Below, piece by piece: positions 27,052-33,328 of a DNA stretch of 41,326 nt (position 1 is the stretch's first letter; every line of letters begins with the position of its first letter). The DNA is from a virus (lineage: Duplodnaviria > Caudoviricetes), in the IMG/VR virus record IMGVR_UViG_3300024344_000040, positions 1 to 41,326 of that record. One strand, given 5' to 3'. Below the pieces are notes generated by a model. That model worked only from the letters and a program-made list of their open reading frames with translations. It was not told where the DNA came from and did no database searches. Made by a program: the position numbers and the translations under genes.

Positions 27052-27369
27052 ATGGTTCAGCCACTTGGATCAATCGGAAATATCCGAATATCAGACTATA
27101 TGTATAAACAGGGCTTTATTATTACCTTGTTTATTGATGAGACAAGACAAGTCGGAGAGTTTAGTGACTGGTTGAAAGACTGGAACCTACACCCGGACTT
27201 GTACGGCCGACAAGATGGTCAAATCATTTTTAAGGTCTGGTCGGGAAATAAGGGAAACCTTATAGCAGCACTTTTACACTGGTATTCAACCACCGTAGAT
27301 GAGCTTAATAGACAAGGTATAATACCAGCAGCGGTAGACCAAAGTCGAGAATCTGTGCTGCCAACTTAA
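27052..27369 (+). CDS. Hypothetical early protein
   Basis: AAGGA Shine-Dalgarno, abuts previous stop, followed by terminator. Confidence 0.7.
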   Translation: MVQPLGSIGNIRISDYMYKQGFIITLFIDETRQVGEFSDWLKDWNLHPDLYGRQDGQIIFKVWSGNKGNLIAALLHWYSTTVDELNRQGIIPAAVDQSRESVLPT

Positions 27370-27389
27370 CAACATCACGGGGGATAATC

Positions 27390-27413
27390 AAGGGAGCTTC
27401 GGCTCCCTTTTTT
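27390..27413 (+). terminator. Intrinsic terminator
   Basis: AAGGGAGC-TTCG-GCTCCCTT plus T-run. Confidence 0.92.
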
Positions 27414-27420
27414 ATTGAAC

Positions 27421-27497
27421 ATATTATATATAGAGAGATTTTTAAAAAAATAATTTCAATCTTATGTCCCAATGTCAATAGATACAATATCCCAATA
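27421..27497 (+). repeat. AT-rich element B (inverted degenerate copy of 25680-25755)
   Basis: ATATTATATATAG, an A7 tract, and CAATA at 27476, 27485 and 27493. Confidence 0.6.
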
Positions 27498-27587
27498 CAT
27501 CTCTTATTTTGTAATGATTAGGGAGGGTAGAAACTGTGTTGGGCCATGTTTCTCGGTCCAATAACCGAGACTATCCGAACAAAGTGT

Positions 27588-27617
27588 TGTACAAATACGT
27601 TCGAACAGTGTAGGATA
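27588..27617 (+). promoter_or_regulatory. Promoter P3 carrying an 18-bp motif shared with 35937-35954
   Basis: TGTACA-17 nt-TAGGAT; TTCGAACAGTGTAGGATA at 27600-27617. Confidence 0.65.
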
Positions 27618-27661
27618 GATATATCAGCTGCAATGGTGCGGCTGAAGAAAGGAGAATCGTT

Positions 27662-27883
27662 ATGAAAGTAAAAGAACTTATCGACATCCTTTCTGATGGA
27701 AGAGATCTAGATGCTGAAGTAAAACTCGGGATGAATAGAACCAGACCGATGATTGCTTCACTTCGCGGTGTAGTTCAGAAATCTGATAGCGGACCTGTGT
27801 TCCTTCTTGAAGATTATGATCCTATACCATTCTTGACATCAGATCTATGGGAAGACCTTGACGGTCCTCTCTCATATAAATAA
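27662..27883 (+). CDS. Hypothetical protein
   Basis: MKVKELIDIL start common in phage small proteins; GAAAGGAGA Shine-Dalgarno. Confidence 0.75.
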   Translation: MKVKELIDILSDGRDLDAEVKLGMNRTRPMIASLRGVVQKSDSGPVFLLEDYDPIPFLTSDLWEDLDGPLSYK

Positions 27884-27895
27884 GAGGAGATAGAT

Positions 27896-28420
27896 ATGAC
27901 AATTGATATGTCAGACTTATCGGTCGAAGATAATACTATGGCCGAACTTCAAGCGGCGTATACAACCGTCACTGGTTTAGAAGCGCCAAAATTCTCAACT
28001 AAGACCGCTGCCTATGAGCGGATTGCAAAGGAGTTAGAAAAAGTGGCACCAGAACAAGACGACATTAGTTTAGAAGGTGACATTATTGCGTACAATGCCG
28101 CACTAAAGTCCGGAGAATTGATGAAAGACCCACCCAAAAAACCGGGTCGACCTAAGTCAAAACCTCGGATTTACGAGTTTTCTGAGATTGATGAAAACAG
28201 TGAGAAATTTAAGGGTATGGCGAAACAAGCTCGCGATATTCTTATGCACACTGGTTTAGAAAACGCTGGTAGAGTATCTGAAGATGATCTAAAGATACGT
28301 ATGCAGCAGCTCTCTGATGAGGGTCTTCTAAATACAAAACAGTCACCTTGGAGGATCTTCCAGTATTATCGCGCTGAGATGATATATGCTGGTTGGGTCA
28401 AGATGTCTAATGACTCTTAG
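27896..28420 (+). CDS. Putative DNA-binding protein (AT-hook-like motif plus winged-helix-like C-terminus)
   Basis: KKPGRPKSK; C-terminal domain resembles 29668-29898; GAGGAG Shine-Dalgarno. Confidence 0.6.
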   Translation: MTIDMSDLSVEDNTMAELQAAYTTVTGLEAPKFSTKTAAYERIAKELEKVAPEQDDISLEGDIIAYNAALKSGELMKDPPKKPGRPKSKPRIYEFSEIDENSEKFKGMAKQARDILMHTGLENAGRVSEDDLKIRMQQLSDEGLLNTKQSPWRIFQYYRAEMIYAGWVKMSNDS

Positions 28421-28643
28421 AGACGTCTTGATAGGTATATTAGAAGGGCTCGCAATGGGAGCTCTTCTAGTTACCCTTGTCTTGGTACTTACTATGGCGT
28501 GCATGTTCATTGACCGCTGTGGTTCGTATTACTTTTAATGAAAGAGAACATTATTGTATTCTTGGTAACAGTCCTCACACCGTTTGTGGGGCTGTTACTA
28601 ATGCAGCTTTTTCTCTGGATGATTATGTAACCGAATTTTTCCG

Positions 28644-28672
28644 TTTACATTATCTGAAAAAGTTGGTAGAAT
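28644..28672 (+). promoter_or_regulatory. Sigma70 promoter P4 upstream of DUF932
   Basis: TTTACA-17 nt-TAGAAT with TGn extension. Confidence 0.75.
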
Positions 28673-28702
28673 GTTCTTGTTAATTAGAGAGGAGAACGAA
28701 GT

Positions 28703-29668
28703 ATGTCACACGAAGTTGAAACTATGGCTTACGCTGGGGAAGTTCCTTGGCACGGTCTTGGTGTTAAAGTTGAAGAAGACTTGACACCAAAAGAAATGGT
28801 TGTTGCTGCAGGTCTAGATTGGAAAGTCACTAAGAGACCAATACAATGGACAGATGATGAGGGTACGTTATTCACTACTCATGACTACAATGTATTGACT
28901 CGGGATAGTGACGGCTCGGTCCTTGGTCCATGTGGTAAGAACTACACACCAATCCAAAATGAGGAAGTGTTCACCTTTTTCGATAAGTTCGTTAAAAGCG
29001 GCGATATGAAAATGGGGACGGCTGGTTCTTTAGATTCCGGTCGAAAAGTTTGGGGTCTTGCTAATATAAGACAAGGGTTTAAACTTCCCGGTGGTGACGA
29101 AGTTCAAGGTCACTTACTCATTAATCACCCGCACCAATGGGGTAAGGCATTAACTATAATGTTCACTCCTGTTCGTGTCGTGTGTAACAACACTCTTCAA
29201 TTGGCTTTATCTGGTAATACCAACTTTAGAATGCCACACATACATTCTTTTGATGATATTGTCCAGTCAAAAGCCGAAGAAGCTCTTGGTTTATCTACTC
29301 AATTATTAGATGAGTTCCAAGAGAGAGCTGAGTTTCTTGCGCGTATTCAATATGATGAAGAAGTGCTTGATAGGTTTATTGCTCAGCTATTCCAACCTCA
29401 GCTTGTAAGTTCTGTGAATGATAAAGTTGATCGCACACAGTTCAACCGCACCTCAGAAGCTGTTTGGGAGTCTGTTTGGACTCAACCAGGTGCAAAGACC
29501 ATGTCTGAGGGTTCATGGTGGAGTGCTCTCAATGGTGTTACATACTATGTGGACCATAAGGCTGGACGAGATCGTGACGCTTCTCTACAGTCTGCGTGGT
29601 TTGGACCAAGAGCTGCCACCAAACGTAGAGCTCTTGATCTTGCAACGGAGTATGCGGAGGCTGCATAA
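28703..29668 (+). CDS. DUF932 (phage/plasmid-like) protein
   Basis: MAYAGEVPWHGLG, AGLDWKV, PIQN, TPVRVVCNNTL and WSALNGVTYYVDH signatures. Confidence 0.92.
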   Translation: MSHEVETMAYAGEVPWHGLGVKVEEDLTPKEMVVAAGLDWKVTKRPIQWTDDEGTLFTTHDYNVLTRDSDGSVLGPCGKNYTPIQNEEVFTFFDKFVKSGDMKMGTAGSLDSGRKVWGLANIRQGFKLPGGDEVQGHLLINHPHQWGKALTIMFTPVRVVCNNTLQLALSGNTNFRMPHIHSFDDIVQSKAEEALGLSTQLLDEFQERAEFLARIQYDEEVLDRFIAQLFQPQLVSSVNDKVDRTQFNRTSEAVWESVWTQPGAKTMSEGSWWSALNGVTYYVDHKAGRDRDASLQSAWFGPRAATKRRALDLATEYAEAA

Positions 29669-29898
29669 TGAAGACAACTTTCACTTTTGTGAAAGCCTCA
29701 CATAATCGGGATGGTCTGGCTCGTCAGGGTCAGGCCATTCTGAACATTGTTGAGGCAAAACAATCTATTTCGAAAGAAGAATTACTAGAACAGATAGTTC
29801 TCGATGTTAAGAGTAAGCAGAAAGCAACACGTTTACTTTCATACTACAAGGGGATCTTAGTATCTCGAGGATATATAGAGGAGAAACGACATGGCTAA
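29668..29898 (+). CDS. Small winged-helix-like protein, paralogue of the C-terminus of 27896-28420
   Basis: LARQGQAIL...SKQKATRLLSYYKGILVSRGYI; TAATG coupling. Confidence 0.6.
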   Translation: MKTTFTFVKASHNRDGLARQGQAILNIVEAKQSISKEELLEQIVLDVKSKQKATRLLSYYKGILVSRGYIEEKRHG

Positions 29899-30733
29899 CG
29901 CCAAAGGAAGTAAGATTGATAAGACTCACTTATCAGTTGATGCTGCGGAGGAACGAGGTTTCCTTCACAGAGATTACATTGCCCACTGTTTAAGGTGGAC
30001 ACACGTTGTTAAATGGTTAAACCAAAGTGCTAGGTATAAGACAGCACGAATACTAGATGTCGGCTCTGGGAAAGAACTTCCCCTAGCTAAATTGCTTCAT
30101 AGCAGTCGAATGGCACCAGCTTGGTATGGTGCAGTTGATGTAGCTGCACTAACGACACCTGAACAATTTAGAAATTCCAAGTGGAAACCTGATGTCTTAT
30201 TCAGTAAGACAGACGTTTGTGATCTACAAGAAAGTGACTTGCCAGCTCGACCTAACGTGATTGTTTGTTTTGAGGTGCTTGAACATGTCGAACCAGACCA
30301 TTGTAGACGAATCCTTTCAAGTTTTATCCGCCATCTGGACAGTGGAGGCACTGCATTTGTCAGTACTCCTTGTTGGGATCCTGACGTGGGTGCTGCTGCA
30401 AATCATGTCAATGAAATGACTTACCACGCTTTTGGTGCTGCATTAGAAGATTCAGGGTTCTCGATTAAAGGACATTGGGGAACCTTTGCTTCAATGAAGG
30501 ACTATAAAGATCACTTATCAGAGTCACAAAGAGAGGTGTGGGAAGACTTAAGAGGTTATTATGATACTAACTATCTCGCAACTATCATGGCTCCATTAGT
30601 TCCTCAACATAGTCGTAATTGTTTATGGCAGCTAGAAGCGCCTCCAACCCCTGAACCACGATACTTCCCGGGTCTTCGAGATATTCCTGAACGATGGGGA
30701 AGTTCTGAGATATGGGAGAAGTTACAACCATGA
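29891..30733 (+). CDS. Class I SAM-dependent methyltransferase (small-molecule/O-methyltransferase type)
   Basis: ILDVGSG motif I, VCFEVLEHV, FVSTP; no DPPY/NPPY or C5-type PC plus ENV motifs. Confidence 0.88.
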   Translation: MANAKGSKIDKTHLSVDAAEERGFLHRDYIAHCLRWTHVVKWLNQSARYKTARILDVGSGKELPLAKLLHSSRMAPAWYGAVDVAALTTPEQFRNSKWKPDVLFSKTDVCDLQESDLPARPNVIVCFEVLEHVEPDHCRRILSSFIRHLDSGGTAFVSTPCWDPDVGAAANHVNEMTYHAFGAALEDSGFSIKGHWGTFASMKDYKDHLSESQREVWEDLRGYYDTNYLATIMAPLVPQHSRNCLWQLEAPPTPEPRYFPGLRDIPERWGSSEIWEKLQP

Positions 30734-31107
30734 GTATGATACGCGATATAAAAGAGTTTCATGAAAAGTTCAACTTGACCTATGAAGGAGGTCCTAGAGA
30801 GTTACCCGTAGAGTTAGACATCTTTAGGACTAACTTTATTCAAGAAGAACTAGATGAATATATCGATAGCAGCAATCTTGAGCATAAATTTGATGCTCTT
30901 ATTGATATGGTTTATGTAATTCTTGGAACTGCATATATGCATGGTTTTGATTTTGAAGAGGGATGGAAGAGAGTTCACGAGGCAAACATGACAAAAATTA
31001 GACAACCATCTGAAAGATCAGGTTTTGATGTGGTTAAACCTGATGGATGGAAAGCTCCTGATTTAGGTGATCTTGTTGTGGCGCCTCTTCCTTTATTTGA
31101 TGAATGA
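30730..31107 (+). CDS. MazG-like all-alpha NTP pyrophosphatase
   Basis: EELDEY, DALIDMVYV, VHEANMTK and KPDGW motifs; ATGA overlap with the methyltransferase. Confidence 0.9.
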   Translation: MSMIRDIKEFHEKFNLTYEGGPRELPVELDIFRTNFIQEELDEYIDSSNLEHKFDALIDMVYVILGTAYMHGFDFEEGWKRVHEANMTKIRQPSERSGFDVVKPDGWKAPDLGDLVVAPLPLFDE

Positions 31108-32114
31108 TATATATAGTCGACGGTCCTGACGGATCAGGAAAAACAACTCTCGCTCGTGAACTGGTTGAAAAGATAGGTGGAAGGTATATCCATCTAACTT
31201 ACCGGTTTAAAGAAAGAATATTTGATTACCACACTGCCGCGATAAGGTTGGCTGCCAGAAGTAAAGTTCCGATTGTTATAGATCGGTGGTGGCCAACCGA
31301 AGCAATATACGCTAAAGCATATCGTGGAGGAAGTACTTGGCCGATGCAGGGTAGACTAGCAGATAGGATTGCTAGGAAGTTTGGAGCAATATATATCTAT
31401 TGTTTACCTTCATCAGTTAACTCTGGTGTTGCAATGTTTAACAAGTTGAAAGAAGAAAGAGAAGAAATGTACGAAGACATTCAAGATGTAATAGACTTAT
31501 ACATCAAGTTGTGGGATGGTCATCTAGAACACGAAGATAAGGGTCAGTATATAGACTTTCTTATTCGTAATGGTGGATTAAAAGATAGGCCAGATCATAG
31601 ATACTATAACATTGGACATTGGGGTCATGCAAAAGATCTTTTTTGTGAACGAGTAATTGAACAATCATATGTTTGGAGAGGACTACAATATGAACCCGCT
31701 TTGGATTTTAATGAGTGGAACGTTACTGGTCATCTTTGTGGGAGTAGTTATTTGTTTGTAGGTGATCAAGCTAATCCAAAATTTAGAGAACTGTCTTGGC
31801 CTTTTTATGAATATGGTAATAGCAGCTTATACCTAACAGAACTTCTTCATCGTCTAAACTTTAAAGAAGATGCTGCAATGTGGTGTAATGCGTACAATGT
31901 GGATGGTTCTATGAATAGACATATACAAGGTATTGTATCAAGGAACCCTAAGATTAAGGTTATTACACTAGGAGAAAGAGCTCAAGAGGTCTGTGATAAA
32001 AATTCAATACAGACTCACGCAAATGTTTGGCATCCTTCTTATGCTAAGCGTTTTAATAAGAAAGAAGAATATGAAGATCAAATAACGGAGGCATTAAAGC
32101 ATGAGTTGTGTTAA
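31104..32114 (+). CDS. dNMP (thymidylate-type) kinase fused to a uracil-DNA-glycosylase-fold domain
   Basis: GPDGSGKTT and IDRWW in the N-half; LFVGDQAN, PF, WCNA, VITLGERA and HPSY in the C-half. Confidence 0.8.
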   Translation: MIYIVDGPDGSGKTTLARELVEKIGGRYIHLTYRFKERIFDYHTAAIRLAARSKVPIVIDRWWPTEAIYAKAYRGGSTWPMQGRLADRIARKFGAIYIYCLPSSVNSGVAMFNKLKEEREEMYEDIQDVIDLYIKLWDGHLEHEDKGQYIDFLIRNGGLKDRPDHRYYNIGHWGHAKDLFCERVIEQSYVWRGLQYEPALDFNEWNVTGHLCGSSYLFVGDQANPKFRELSWPFYEYGNSSLYLTELLHRLNFKEDAAMWCNAYNVDGSMNRHIQGIVSRNPKIKVITLGERAQEVCDKNSIQTHANVWHPSYAKRFNKKEEYEDQITEALKHELC

Positions 32115-32886
32115 TACTGAATGGTGTTATACTGCTAAAGAAATCTTGTTACACGGCGATCCAGCCTATACTCGAGACAAGGCCGTCACTGAGATACTAG
32201 GTAAACAAACATCGGTAGATATGAACTATCCTATCTTGACTCAAGCTAATCGAGAGTTAGGATATAAGTTTATGTTTGCTGAAGCCCATTGGATTTTATC
32301 TGGTGATAATAGAGTTCAAAATATTGCTCATTATTCTCGAATGATAAAAGATTTTTCAGATGACGGAGTAACTTTCTTTGGTGCATATGGTCCTAAGATA
32401 GTGTCTCAACTTGGACACGTTGTTAAAGCCTTACAAGACGACGATGAGACAAGACAAGCAGTTATTAATATATGGCGAGAGAGTCCTCCGCCCAGTAAAG
32501 ATATCCCTTGTACAATAAGTCTACAATTCTTAGTAAGATATAATCAGTTACACATTATTGATACTATGCGATCCTCTGATATATGGTTAGGCTGGCCATA
32601 TGATATATTTAATATGAGCATGGTGGCACGTTATGTTCTTTCTTATCTTAAAGAAATTGATCGTGAAGTCTGGGATCAAGTGACACTAGGAAAACTATAT
32701 CTTAATGCTGGCAGCATGCACCTATATAATACAGAAGAACAAAAACTTGCATTTTTACTTGAAGATGGTTTTCAGCCATCAAAGAGTACAGTAAAAGTTC
32801 CTATCTTTAACAACCGTGCTGAATGTTTAGCTTATTTACTGGGAGGGATGGCCGGTGGGAGAGCTTACTTTGATACCGAAGCGTAG
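32101..32886 (+). CDS. Thymidylate-synthase-fold enzyme, dCMP (hydroxy)methylase type
   Basis: AEAHWILSG, GAYG, RQAV, DIPCT catalytic Cys, MRSSDIWLGWPYD (Asp at the specificity site), GSMHLY. Confidence 0.85.
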   Translation: MSCVNTEWCYTAKEILLHGDPAYTRDKAVTEILGKQTSVDMNYPILTQANRELGYKFMFAEAHWILSGDNRVQNIAHYSRMIKDFSDDGVTFFGAYGPKIVSQLGHVVKALQDDDETRQAVINIWRESPPPSKDIPCTISLQFLVRYNQLHIIDTMRSSDIWLGWPYDIFNMSMVARYVLSYLKEIDREVWDQVTLGKLYLNAGSMHLYNTEEQKLAFLLEDGFQPSKSTVKVPIFNNRAECLAYLLGGMAGGRAYFDTEA

Positions 32887-33328
32887 ATTAGATGTCGATA
32901 CCTACTTTCTCGCGATGGCAGATTTGGTTTCACAACGTAGTACTTGTCGTAGGCGTTCCGTTGGTTGCGTTCTGGTGGATGACCGTAATCGTGTTTTGGC
33001 TACTGGTTACAATGGTGTGGCTAGTGGTGACGTGCATTGTTTGGATATGCCATGCCCCGGCGCTGGCCTTCCAAGCGGTACTGGTCTCGATGAATGTCAC
33101 GCCATACACGCCGAGCAAAATGCGATTCTACAGTGTCAAGATGTTACGAAAATCTTTTCGGCGTATATTACAGTCAGTCCGTGCGTTTCTTGCGCGAAAC
33201 TTTTAATGAATACTAGTTGTGGTCGTATTGTATTCTCTGAAGAATACACTAGTACTGCAGCAAAACAATTTTGGAATAGAGAATGGATATGTCATGGCTC
33301 AATTAAACATGTTTTTACCCGAAAGTAA
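32855..33328 (+). CDS. dCMP deaminase
   Basis: STCRRRSVG, TGYNG, HAEQNA and PCVSC zinc motifs; exact start uncertain. Confidence 0.93.
   Translation: MGELTLIPKRRLDVDTYFLAMADLVSQRSTCRRRSVGCVLVDDRNRVLATGYNGVASGDVHCLDMPCPGAGLPSGTGLDECHAIHAEQNAILQCQDVTKIFSAYITVSPCVSCAKLLMNTSCGRIVFSEEYTSTAAKQFWNREWICHGSIKHVFTRK

Noticed and set aside
27576-27606. CGAAC...GTTCG as a LexA box
   Set aside because: The spacing fits neither the N4 Gram-positive nor the N7 alphaproteobacterial consensus
28477-28683. 68-aa ORF in the track
   Set aside because: TTG start without a Shine-Dalgarno; overlaps hairpins and promoter P4, so more likely non-coding
25650-28700. CRISPR array, tRNA or diversity-generating retroelement
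   Set aside because: No regularly spaced repeats or cloverleaf seen in the intergenic DNA, and no reverse transcriptase anywhere despite the BPP-1-like structural genes
29891-30733. Restriction-type DNA methyltransferase
   Set aside because: It lacks DPPY/NPPY and the C5 PC plus ENV arrangement; the TPC here follows the strand typical of small-molecule methyltransferases
32101-32886. Annotation as ordinary thyA
   Set aside because: Asp at the Asn177-equivalent site and the gene context argue against a plain dUMP methylase, so no symbol is given
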